Assembly: GCA_964532495.1 (NCBI GenBank)
Contig: CAZHJZ010000005.1
Span: forward strand, 920 to 64,919
DNA length: 64,000 bases
DNA from: an uncultured Candidatus Saccharibacteria bacterium
Lineage (GTDB): Bacteria; Patescibacteriota; Minisyncoccia; Phycocordibacterales; UBA9973
Reading direction: 5' to 3'
This document shows, piece by piece, positions 49,327 to 58,071 of this stretch (position 1 is the first letter of the stretch; each line of letters starts with the position of its first letter). Below the pieces are notes generated by a model. It did no database searches. It had not been told where the DNA came from and saw nothing but the letters and a program-made list of their open reading frames with translations. The position numbers and the translations under genes are program-made.

Positions 49327-50709
49327 TTAGCACTCCAACGTCACGCTTGTCCCCGCATCTGGAGCAACTGCGTTCACGCCAAGAAAATCTCGGAGTTTTT
49401 GTACCAAAAAGAGGGCAGCCTTGGGCTCTCCCATGACAACAAATACCTTTTTGAGAGTATCTGCAGTATCAGCAACAAAGTCTGTAAGCGCATCGGTATC
49501 CTTGTGTCCTGAATAACCGCCAATTTTTACAATGTGCGCTCGGACTGGAACTTCTTCATGCATGATAGTCACATGAGTCGCGCCGTCTTCAATCTTGCGA
49601 CCAAGTGTACCTTGTGACTGGTAGCCAACTAGGAGGAGTGTATTATTAGGATCAGGGAGATAGTTGAGCTCATGGTGAACAATGCGTCCGCCGTTCGACA
49701 TGCCAGAACCTGCGATGATTATCTTAGGATTTGGAATATGCAAAATTTCTTTTGACTGTTCTGTATCTGCCGTGATCCGCAAGCCAGGGAAAGAAAAGAT
49801 ATCATCGTCTTTCTTGATATCGATCTGTGCGATGGGATTGAAGTAAGTATAGTATTTTTTGAAAATTGCAGTGAGCTTGATACCAAGTGGCGAATCGAAA
49901 TACACTGGCATCTTTGGAACACGATCATTCTCTACCATGTTATTCATTTCGTACAGCAATTCCTGTGAACGTTCAAGAGAAAATGTTGGCATGATCAGCA
50001 CGCCTTTTCGCTTATAGTTGTCTTGAATCACCTCTTGAAGCTTCTGCTTTCGCTCTTCGCGGCCTTCATGCTTGCGGTCACCATACACGCTTTCCATCAC
50101 GAGATAGTCTATGCCAGAAAGTTTTTCTGTGTCGCGCAAGATCGGCGATGGCGAATTGCCCAGGTCTCCAGTAAAAACGATCTTCTTGCCATGAAACGTA
50201 AACTCAACCATTGATGAACCGAGAACATGGCCGGCATCAAGCAAGCGGAATGAAAAATCGGGCGCAAGTATATAAGACTGCAGGTATTGGCATGGCTCCC
50301 ACATATCCATGGCTTTTCTAATATTTTCTTCTGTATAAATCTTATCCAAACCATGTTCTTTATCTTTGCCCACAATCCCGGCAGTATCCTCAAGCATTGG
50401 ATATGTAAGTTCTTTTGTTGGAGGAGTTGAGTAGATAACGGCCTTAAATCCCTCGCTGATCAGCTTGGGGATGCGTCCGATATGGTCTATATGGCAGTGG
50501 GTTATGAAAAGAGCATCAATTTCGCTTGCATTGTAAGGAAATGGATCCCAGTTTTGCTTGTCAGCAATGCTTTCGCCCTGGATCATGCCGCAGTCCACAA
50601 GAAGTTTCTTGCCATCTGCTTCGATTAAAAAGTTTGCACCTGTCACTGTGCCCGCTCCGGAACAAAAAGTGATCTTGAACGGATGCGTTGGAGTATTTGT
50701 TGTTGCCAT
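49327..50709 (-). CDS. MBL-fold beta-CASP ribonuclease (RNase J-like)
   Basis: 'ITHCHIDHIGRIP' (HxHxDH) metallo-beta-lactamase motif plus a beta-CASP-length C-terminus; 460 aa. Confidence 0.7.
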   Translation of the reverse strand: MATTNTPTHPFKITFCSGAGTVTGANFLIEADGKKLLVDCGMIQGESIADKQNWDPFPYNASEIDALFITHCHIDHIGRIPKLISEGFKAVIYSTPPTKELTYPMLEDTAGIVGKDKEHGLDKIYTEENIRKAMDMWEPCQYLQSYILAPDFSFRLLDAGHVLGSSMVEFTFHGKKIVFTGDLGNSPSPILRDTEKLSGIDYLVMESVYGDRKHEGREERKQKLQEVIQDNYKRKGVLIMPTFSLERSQELLYEMNNMVENDRVPKMPVYFDSPLGIKLTAIFKKYYTYFNPIAQIDIKKDDDIFSFPGLRITADTEQSKEILHIPNPKIIIAGSGMSNGGRIVHHELNYLPDPNNTLLLVGYQSQGTLGRKIEDGATHVTIMHEEVPVRAHIVKIGGYSGHKDTDALTDFVADTADTLKKVFVVMGEPKAALFLVQKLRDFLGVNAVAPDAGTSVTLEC

Positions 50710-51087
50710 TAAACAAAGTATAGCGCATTTAAAATAAAATAATAGATGGTTTACATGATTTCAGTTGTTCCTACACTTAGTGGCTGCACGCGCCTGGAAG
50801 TGGAAACCTACAGTACCACGCCGCGCGGTGATTCGCTATCGCGAATCAAAAAAATACCCTCACCAACAATGGAGAGAGTTTCTTTTTAGGACTATCTGGC
50901 AGATATCACCTTAGCATTTATGCTAAGTGGGTTCCGGATGAGTGAGGCCGAGGCCAAACGCAATCGAGGATCCCTGGATATATTGTTCTAAGTGATACTC
51001 CAAAATAATCCTATAGTCAGTATACGCTCATGAAATTTATTGGCAAGTAATTTTTCCAAAAAGAACACGAGTTTGGGGAATTTCAAA

Positions 51088-51705
51088 CTATATATTGAAA
51101 ATATCTTTGAAATCTGAGTCTGGGTACTCACTTGCATCAAAAATGGTATTTGCTTCTTTATTCAATTTTTCTATATATAAGAAAAATTCTTCTTGAGTAA
51201 ACGGAGAGAGTCCCAGTTCAGCACATATAGTATTGATTTCTTCTGTTACTTTCACAGAGTCTTCTGCTTTGGTTGCCATTTTTTCTGCTTCAAAGAAATA
51301 ACTGTGACCAGGAATCTCGTGGAGGGCAAATTCTATGCCTTTATAGTCATATGCAGTAATTATTCTCTTTCCTAAAACGCCTTTCGTAAGGCCAAGTTCC
51401 TTGAGAATCTCTACAAGTGTGTTAAATTTGCCATTTTCTCCTTTGAATATCAGCTCTTTTCTATTATCTGAGCCTCCCCAAGCTCCGATCTTTACTACTA
51501 TTTCAGGGTTGCCATTAGTAACTCGAACACGAATATCTTTATTTCTGCCACGAATTCCCCCATCAGCAAGGAAGGTTGAGTAATCAATGAATATTCTTCG
51601 TTTTATTTCTTTTTCCTTCGCATTCTCCTTAAAAAAAGCTGTCAGCTTTTCATGCTGTTCGCTCGAAAGAGACCCACGTACTTCAATTTCAATATTTTGT
51701 TCCAT
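51088..51705 (-). CDS. CYTH-domain protein (CyaB/thiamine-triphosphatase-like)
   Basis: N-terminal 'NIEIEVRG' (ExExK-type), basic 'IRVRV' and 'EIVVK' strands, and a C-terminal acidic pair 'FFEAE'. Confidence 0.5.
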   Translation of the reverse strand: MEQNIEIEVRGSLSSEQHEKLTAFFKENAKEKEIKRRIFIDYSTFLADGGIRGRNKDIRVRVTNGNPEIVVKIGAWGGSDNRKELIFKGENGKFNTLVEILKELGLTKGVLGKRIITAYDYKGIEFALHEIPGHSYFFEAEKMATKAEDSVKVTEEINTICAELGLSPFTQEEFFLYIEKLNKEANTIFDASEYPDSDFKDIFNI

Positions 51706-51712
51706 AGAAATG

Positions 51713-52168
51713 CTAGTTTAATTGTTTTTGGATCAATTTGGTTACCGCTAGTAATTCTTCTTCCGGAGTAGCTTCCCTTTCTCCTGGACGATATAAAAAT
51801 TTTCGAGGTTCATATTCAAGGACGCCAGTATCTCCCTCTTTGCGCGGCAATACATGGAGATGAAAGTGCGGGACCGACTGACCGGCAAGTTTTCCTTCGT
51901 TCCAAGCATAATTAAAACCTTCTGCGCCAAAAACTTCAATTAAAGCTTTCTTGAGCTTTCCCGCTAATTCAAAAATTGCGGCTTGTTCTTGAGTAGTAAG
52001 ATCTTCAAACTTTGCCACGCAGCGGATCGGAGAAATCAGGACATGGCCAGGCACGATAGGAATATTGGTCGGGAATGCCCATGCAAGCTCATTCTGCATG
52101 ATGCAGCGCTCCTTTATTTCTGGCTTATCGCAATATACGCAATTCATATGGAAACTACTATAACACAA
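51713..52168 (-). CDS. HIT-family hydrolase
   Basis: 'VPHFHLHVLPR' histidine triad. Confidence 0.75.
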   Translation of the reverse strand: MCYSSFHMNCVYCDKPEIKERCIMQNELAWAFPTNIPIVPGHVLISPIRCVAKFEDLTTQEQAAIFELAGKLKKALIEVFGAEGFNYAWNEGKLAGQSVPHFHLHVLPRKEGDTGVLEYEPRKFLYRPGEREATPEEELLAVTKLIQKQLN

Positions 52169-52263
52169 AACCCGATTGCAGGCCTTTTCTTTTTTACTTT
52201 CTTCTCAAAAACAAGCCGTGCTATACTCCCTACAGAGTTTTATCAGTTAGCCACATACCCACC

Positions 52264-52605
52264 ATGGAAAAAATGCAAGCCCCAATACCGGGCCGTTCAA
52301 GCGGAGAAGGCCGCGGCGATCAAATAACACATAATGAATCTGCAGAATACAAAGAATCTGCTCAAATGCTTTTCAACCTTATAAATTCAGCAGCAAATGG
52401 CAAAAAGGAAATTTCTGCTGGATCGATCAAGCTTACTCTTATTGACGAAAATCCTCGAGGCTGGCAGAGTTCTCCGGAAAACAGTTGGCGTGTGTATGAA
52501 GATGGAACCTTTGAAGAGACAGATTCTCAACAAGCAACCTCACCGCAAGCAATGCGCCAAGAAAAAATCGAAGATTTGATCATCAAATACAAAGGCATGC
52601 TCTAA
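52264..52605 (+). CDS. Hypothetical protein
   Basis: 113-aa ORF in an otherwise minus-strand region. It ends directly at a terminator hairpin. Confidence 0.3.
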   Translation: MEKMQAPIPGRSSGEGRGDQITHNESAEYKESAQMLFNLINSAANGKKEISAGSIKLTLIDENPRGWQSSPENSWRVYEDGTFEETDSQQATSPQAMRQEKIEDLIIKYKGML

Positions 52606-52611
52606 GACAGC

Positions 52612-52640
52612 ACAAAACCCGCTTACAGGCGGGTTTTGAA
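52612..52640. terminator. Terminator of repeated family AAAACCCGCTTACAGGCGGGTTTT
   Basis: Hairpin CCCGC/GCGGG with flanking A/T runs. One of three near-identical copies in this window. Confidence 0.65.
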
Positions 52641-52657
52641 TTTCTCGCTATTTTGTA

Positions 52658-54277
52658 CTAATTATTATCGAATGTCATTTGCGGGCCAGTGACTGTTTGG
52701 CGCGGATAATACACGATAGGGCTGGTTGAGTTTATGAAAACAACCGTTGGGGTGAATTTTGTTCTGAACGCAAGATTCATAGGTGCAGTCGGGAGAACAG
52801 CATCACCTTCAACAATGAACTGTCGATAATGCGGATTTGCGGTATTCGACGATAATGAACCGAGTATTTCATTAGGGACAGTGAAGTTTACTGTTATGTT
52901 ATACGTACCTCCGGTAAGGACGATATTGGGCGCAGTAGCTACAAGGATCTTTGTTCCGTTTGGAGCATACTTATATAGCTTCACGTTCTGGAATGTAAAA
53001 CTATCAACGGTGTTACGGTTAGTTCCTGAAATATTCACTGCAACATTAGTTACTTTCAGATCACACGTAGGATAACTTGTATATGCATTATCTAACCATA
53101 TTTGGGCAAGCAACATAGTTCCGCCTGCATACGGTGTAACGCCAGTAAGAGTTCCATCGAGTCCGCTCGCATCCATATGGTAATATGACGTATACAAACC
53201 GCCGAAATCTTGTATGACTCTTCCTGTGCAAGTCGGTACCGTTGTGTTGCTTACAGTAAACGTGTTATCAGAATAATCTTCTGCGAGTATTGGCGGTTCG
53301 CCTAGCGAGTTCTGTACGGTGAGAACAGCGTACACTTTCAATCCGGTTCCTGGAACAATTTGTGGACCATTGCCGTTTTGAACAGAGTTCAATGTTACAA
53401 ACTCTTCCCCGTCATTTGCAGTAAACATTGGGTAGCCAGGAATGCTGGTTGCGGTTGTCAAACTGTAATACTGTCCTGGCGTGTTTCCGATATGGAGGCG
53501 AACCATGGCATTTGCAGGTGCACCACATGTCTGCCAAGTGACTTTAACTACTTGGCCGAGAGCAAATGTTTCACCACCATTTGGAGATGTTATTTGGATC
53601 TGTGGGGTTGGATTATTGAATCGGCATACTAATCCAAGCTGTGTTTGCTGAGGAGCACACGGCAATCCTGTAATAGTGCTAGTACCTGAAAATGATGTGC
53701 AACCTGCTGGGTATGAGCTGCTAACGCCTCCATTATTTGATGGAGCCTGAGCTTGGAATGTACCACTGAGTGCTGCTTGCGTCTGAGGTCCAAATGAAGT
53801 TCCGTCACCAACAATACCCTTTTCAGCTTGAAGTTTTTTTACTGCATTTACTGTACCAGGACCATAGTAGCCGGTCGCTTCGCCAGTCAGGTATCCTTTT
53901 GAAATAAGCCAAATTTGGAATGTCTTAACCTCTTGGCTTGTTTCGCCAAACGCGAGACTGCGGGAAAAGGAAGGAGCCGTATTTGTTGCAGCTATTACTA
54001 CTGTTGGCGTTTGCTGAACAGTGACAGTAGGAGTCACTTGTGTTGGAGTAGTTGTGGTCATAGCGGCAGCAAGACTCGCAGCAGGCGCCATTTTTGCGAC
54101 TTCGTATGAAGTACCGCTTTTTATAACTGCAGCACTGACTTGCGTTTTGAGGCCTGAAACCTGATCACGCAAACTTGTAATTTCTTTTAAAAGGTCGTCA
54201 AACGTGACTGCTTGCGCCTGGAATGCTCCCGTAAAGAGAAGCCCTGCAAGGAAGATCGCACCAATGTATTTTTTCAT
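52658..54277 (-). CDS. Secreted protein with N-terminal coiled coil and peptidoglycan-binding domain
   Basis: Signal peptide 'MKKYIGAIFLAGLLFTGAFQAQA'. PG_binding_1-like 'GETSQEVKTFQIWLISKGYL...YGPGTVNAVKKLQ'. Confidence 0.6.
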   Translation of the reverse strand: MKKYIGAIFLAGLLFTGAFQAQAVTFDDLLKEITSLRDQVSGLKTQVSAAVIKSGTSYEVAKMAPAASLAAAMTTTTPTQVTPTVTVQQTPTVVIAATNTAPSFSRSLAFGETSQEVKTFQIWLISKGYLTGEATGYYGPGTVNAVKKLQAEKGIVGDGTSFGPQTQAALSGTFQAQAPSNNGGVSSSYPAGCTSFSGTSTITGLPCAPQQTQLGLVCRFNNPTPQIQITSPNGGETFALGQVVKVTWQTCGAPANAMVRLHIGNTPGQYYSLTTATSIPGYPMFTANDGEEFVTLNSVQNGNGPQIVPGTGLKVYAVLTVQNSLGEPPILAEDYSDNTFTVSNTTVPTCTGRVIQDFGGLYTSYYHMDASGLDGTLTGVTPYAGGTMLLAQIWLDNAYTSYPTCDLKVTNVAVNISGTNRNTVDSFTFQNVKLYKYAPNGTKILVATAPNIVLTGGTYNITVNFTVPNEILGSLSSNTANPHYRQFIVEGDAVLPTAPMNLAFRTKFTPTVVFINSTSPIVYYPRQTVTGPQMTFDNN

Positions 54278-54399
54278 GAAAACGATTACTGGCTTATTAT
54301 TTGTAATACTTTATAAGTCTGTACAGTATAGCAATCTGCTTTCGAATAAAATAGTAAAGGAATAAGTCTTAGTTGATAACCATACGGTACATAGCACAA

Positions 54400-54432
54400 A
54401 ACCCGCTTATAGGCGGGTTTTGTGCTGTACCT
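54400..54432. terminator. Terminator, second copy of repeated family (AAAACCCGCTTATAGGCGGGTTTTG)
   Basis: Seen directly in the sequence. Confidence 0.6.
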
Positions 54433-54434
54433 TA

Positions 54435-56468
54435 TTAATTGATGTAAATGTCATATATTTGTGAACTAGACAATCCAGTGGATTGATCAGTAACCGTTAC
54501 TGTAAACGGCTGATTGCCCGAAGTCGAGGGAGAAACATACGCAACAGCACCCAGTACCACAGAATCATCAGCCAATGCATCATTATAGATGAACGTAGAT
54601 GGCACTGCCAAAACCGGCGATGTCACCGTCACGACATAGGATGTTGGGGGACAATCGAAGTTGTTTTTATTAAAAACTCCAAAACTAAAATTAACAAATT
54701 TATTATAGGGTGCCTGTGAACCCACGCCTTGATAAGGATACATATAATATTCTGAAATATCGGGCGCTCCTGAAGAAGATGCGGAACATACAGTCGGGCT
54801 ACCAAAATTTACACTATATTGAATCGATTGAGTATTTTGGTTGGTTACGCGGATCGAAAGGTTAGTTGCTGGATCAGTAAAACTAGTTGTCACTTGCTGT
54901 CGCGGCGCTTGGTAATGCAACGATGCTCCAGTCAGAAGCTGTTGGAAGTTATACATACCACTCAGGACCTTTTTATCGACATCTAGGAGGCGAACATTTC
55001 CTACTACGAAAGAATTGCCGTTAACTGAAAATGATTGTGAACTATGCTGGCTTTTATATACAAACAGTCCATTTGCACTTGCAGAAAGATTAGGGTCAGC
55101 CAAACTTGCGTCAAATCCAGTCGGTTTGCGATATTCCAAATAGTATCTTGGGTACAGTTTTCCTGGAATCTGAATTTCTGCATACCGTTTTCCAATTCGA
55201 CTCTCAAGCGCGTTTAGTTCGTATGTACCACTTTGAGTGATGATTTGCTTATCTTGAGGCTTAAACCATCCGAGAACATCCTTCGCAAAAACAGAAAAAT
55301 GTTTTGATATTCCACCATTTCCCATGATATCAAATGAATTGCCGTATTCGACGTGCTCACATGTTCCGCCTAAAACCTGGGATCCGCAGAAGAGTGAGTT
55401 CGAATGCATGACACCCAGGGCATGCCCCATTTCATGAGAGAGCACATTCTCGAAATCAGTCATAAGATGCGAACTGCTCAAGTCTCGATTATACGCGGTG
55501 TAATTTTCTGCAGTGGTTTGAATATTTGAAGCTGAAATGGGTTTATTGTTAGGGTTTATTCCCATATTTAGATTTGACGCCCCTACCGTAGAACTACCGC
55601 CACCAGAATTGTATGAACCGTATGCACAATAATTGATCATCACAACATGGTCATAGCCTGAGAAATCAATATTGGAAACAAGATTGCCCACTTCGCTCGT
55701 CTGAGAACCATTAGTACTGACACATCCATATGGACCATCTGTACTATTACGAGGTACGGTATACCACCCATATACATCGCCCGAAAAAGTGATCCTTCCG
55801 TATGACTGCTCTTCAAAAAATTTCTTGAAATCACCATCAAATACCAGGTCATGCATTTCCTGATTAGTGTATGGAACAGTTGCTGCAGTATCTTGATAAT
55901 TGATCAGAATGAATGCCACTTTATGGTTTATTGGTTGCTCCATAAGCTGAGGCGGCCATGAAAGTACTTTTGCTCTTACAATCAGATCTTTATCAAATGC
56001 ATAACCAGTGACCGAGATTGTAGCACCGCTTTTCAGTATTTCTTGATCTCTTGTGTAGAGAGTATATTTCTTGCCTTCCTTCGTACTGAGAATATATCTA
56101 AATATGTCTTTGTCGTGGTCATTAAAATCGTCTTGGTGCGCTATTTCAACTTTACCGGTAAGTGTTGTTTGGGCTGGCAAACGTCCTCCTCCCATATCTT
56201 GAGGTAAACCATATTTTTTAACTAGCTGTTCAAGAATTCTAGGATCTCCGTTTGAAGCGTTCAGCATCATTTGGCGATTGGAATACGGAAGTGCTTTTAT
56301 TGGAGGAACTACTGAATCAATTTTTTGCGTAGGTTGAATCTTAAGTGAGGATAAGGCGTTGACCACAACTGCGGAGAGATCTCCTGTGTAGCGAGATGCG
56401 AGGCTAAGACTGCCTATGCCCGCCAATAGAAAAATCCCGAGGACAAGAAAACCAATTTGTTTTTGCAT
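54435..56468 (-). CDS. Secreted zinc metalloprotease (metzincin-like HExxHxxGxxH)
   Basis: Signal peptide; 'HEMGHALGVMH' zinc-binding motif; 677 aa. Confidence 0.65.
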   Translation of the reverse strand: MQKQIGFLVLGIFLLAGIGSLSLASRYTGDLSAVVVNALSSLKIQPTQKIDSVVPPIKALPYSNRQMMLNASNGDPRILEQLVKKYGLPQDMGGGRLPAQTTLTGKVEIAHQDDFNDHDKDIFRYILSTKEGKKYTLYTRDQEILKSGATISVTGYAFDKDLIVRAKVLSWPPQLMEQPINHKVAFILINYQDTAATVPYTNQEMHDLVFDGDFKKFFEEQSYGRITFSGDVYGWYTVPRNSTDGPYGCVSTNGSQTSEVGNLVSNIDFSGYDHVVMINYCAYGSYNSGGGSSTVGASNLNMGINPNNKPISASNIQTTAENYTAYNRDLSSSHLMTDFENVLSHEMGHALGVMHSNSLFCGSQVLGGTCEHVEYGNSFDIMGNGGISKHFSVFAKDVLGWFKPQDKQIITQSGTYELNALESRIGKRYAEIQIPGKLYPRYYLEYRKPTGFDASLADPNLSASANGLFVYKSQHSSQSFSVNGNSFVVGNVRLLDVDKKVLSGMYNFQQLLTGASLHYQAPRQQVTTSFTDPATNLSIRVTNQNTQSIQYSVNFGSPTVCSASSSGAPDISEYYMYPYQGVGSQAPYNKFVNFSFGVFNKNNFDCPPTSYVVTVTSPVLAVPSTFIYNDALADDSVVLGAVAYVSPSTSGNQPFTVTVTDQSTGLSSSQIYDIYIN

Positions 56469-56496
56469 GCTAAAACTCTACACTAATTGCCACACT

Positions 56497-56530
56497 ATGT
56501 AAACAAAACCCGCTTGCAGGCGGGTTTTGT
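56497..56530. terminator. Terminator, third copy of repeated family (AAAACCCGCTTGCAGGCGGGTTTTG)
   Basis: Seen directly in the sequence. Confidence 0.6.
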
Positions 56531-56549
56531 CTCTCTCTTTGTAGTGTGA

Positions 56550-57062
56550 TTATTTCTTCTTTGGCTGAGTGAACTTTTCGTGAGCAGTCTCGTAATCGAA
56601 GAGTTCTTCAGGCTTGAACCAGTGCTCGATCTCGAGCTTTGCTTCTTCAGCATCGCCAGAAGCGTGCATGAGGTTCGGAATGCCGATCTCATGAGTGTCT
56701 GCGTGACCATAGCTCACATGTGAGTAGTCGCCGCGAACAGTTCCTGGGAGAGCGCTCTTTGGCTCAGTTGCGCCAACCATCTTGCGAACGAGAGCAGCTG
56801 CTTCTACGCCTTCGAGTACGAAAGCGATGACAGGACCTGCATTCATCATTTCAAGTGTGATATCAAAGACTTTCTGGCCTCGGCGTGAGATCACCTTTCC
56901 GATGTTCTCATAGTGGTGATGATAGTGCTCAGTTGTAGGTCGGAGCATTTTGTTTCCGACGATCTTGAGGCCTACCTTCTCGAAGCGAGCGAGGATTTCT
57001 CCTACAAGTCCACGCTGTACTGCGTCAGGCTTGAAGAGGATAAGTGTTCGTTCTAATTGCAT
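56550..57062 (-). CDS. ndk: Nucleoside diphosphate kinase (start trimmed to MQLERT)
   Basis: 'ERTLILFKPDAVQRGLVGEI', 'NLMHASGDAEEAKLEIEHWF'. Confidence 0.85.
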   Translation of the reverse strand: MQLERTLILFKPDAVQRGLVGEILARFEKVGLKIVGNKMLRPTTEHYHHHYENIGKVISRRGQKVFDITLEMMNAGPVIAFVLEGVEAAALVRKMVGATEPKSALPGTVRGDYSHVSYGHADTHEIGIPNLMHASGDAEEAKLEIEHWFKPEELFDYETAHEKFTQPKKK

Positions 57063-57149
57063 AAAATAAAAAGGCTTCATTCGCTCGAAGCCAGAGCTTT
57101 TATTACTGGTAAGATGCACTTACTATAGCAGAAATAGCGGTTTTAGCAA

Positions 57150-57719
57150 TTACTTCTCAACTTGGCGGTCAAAGGTCAATATAGAGTAATTCTTCTCGGC
57201 AATCCCATATGTTTTATAGATTTCTCCATTAGTTCCTCTCACATGGTCTTTCCAGTCAAAGCCAAGTTTCTCCGCAACAGCCTGAACAGATTCCCAGCTT
57301 TTACCTTCTATTTCCAAGTATGGCGGGATGAGCGGCCACGAGTCGATATCCAGCTCCACCCCATCAAGAGTATATCGTGTACGCTTATTTTCTTTGTATA
57401 TTTTCTCTTTCAATCCGATTGCCTGGAGAAGCTGATCAGCAACATCAAAATCACCAACCACTGTTTCAATTTCTTTCATGCTGCCGCTTCGAAGAGCATC
57501 TTCACCGACATCCATTCGCTGTTTATAGGTAAAGGTGATCTTATCTCCCTCATCACGCAGTCGAACCCATGCTTCCGCAGCGGCCAGCCTTCCATCTGGG
57601 AAATCATAATTTCTGCGACGATAATTATAGTCAGCAATTTTTACCGCGCCCAAAGCAATCAGCTTTTCTTCAAAAGATGCCTTGTCGATATTCAAAAATT
57701 TCGCTTCGATTTCTTCCAT
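57150..57719 (-). CDS. CYTH-domain protein (class IV adenylate cyclase/triphosphatase-like; start trimmed to MEEIEAKF)
   Basis: 'EIEAKF' ExExK motif and a terminal 'YLEIEG'. Confidence 0.55.
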   Translation of the reverse strand: MEEIEAKFLNIDKASFEEKLIALGAVKIADYNYRRRNYDFPDGRLAAAEAWVRLRDEGDKITFTYKQRMDVGEDALRSGSMKEIETVVGDFDVADQLLQAIGLKEKIYKENKRTRYTLDGVELDIDSWPLIPPYLEIEGKSWESVQAVAEKLGFDWKDHVRGTNGEIYKTYGIAEKNYSILTFDRQVEK

Positions 57720-57720
57720 G

Positions 57721-58068
57721 TTATTTTTTCTCTTGAATATATTTTGAAACTTTCTGTTTGTCGCTTTCAATCATTGCTGCAAACGCTGCTTCGATATCTA
57801 TATCGAGTTCATGTGCGATAAAGAGCACTTCGGTAAAAATATCAGCAAGCTCATCCCCTATCTTTGCTTTCAACTCTTTTTTATTCATGCCATGAGCATT
57901 TCGTGTATTCTCGAGCTGCATGAGAGCCTTTGCAAGTGAGCCGACTTGGACAGACAGATCAAATGCTGCTGTATGATAGTTCCATTTCTTTGTGCCCGAC
58001 TTCTGGTATGACGCCATAGTAGCGATAACCTGTTTGGTGTATTCGTTAATACTTTTGTTTTTTGCCAT
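57721..58068 (-). CDS. MazG-like nucleotide pyrophosphohydrolase (small all-alpha NTP-PPase)
   Basis: 'IGDELADIFTEVLFIAHELDIDIEAAF' is typical of an EExxE/D MazG core. Confidence 0.5.
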   Translation of the reverse strand: MAKNKSINEYTKQVIATMASYQKSGTKKWNYHTAAFDLSVQVGSLAKALMQLENTRNAHGMNKKELKAKIGDELADIFTEVLFIAHELDIDIEAAFAAMIESDKQKVSKYIQEKK

Positions 58069-58071
58069 AAA

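Noticed and set aside
56550-57119. Long N-terminal extension of ndk (MHLTSNK...)
   Set aside because: Ndk homology starts at MQLERTLILFKPD. A hairpin/terminator of the upstream gene lies in the putative extension, so the start was trimmed to 57062.
57162-57821. 219-aa plus-strand ORF
   Set aside because: Antisense to the CYTH and MazG genes, with an implausible composition.
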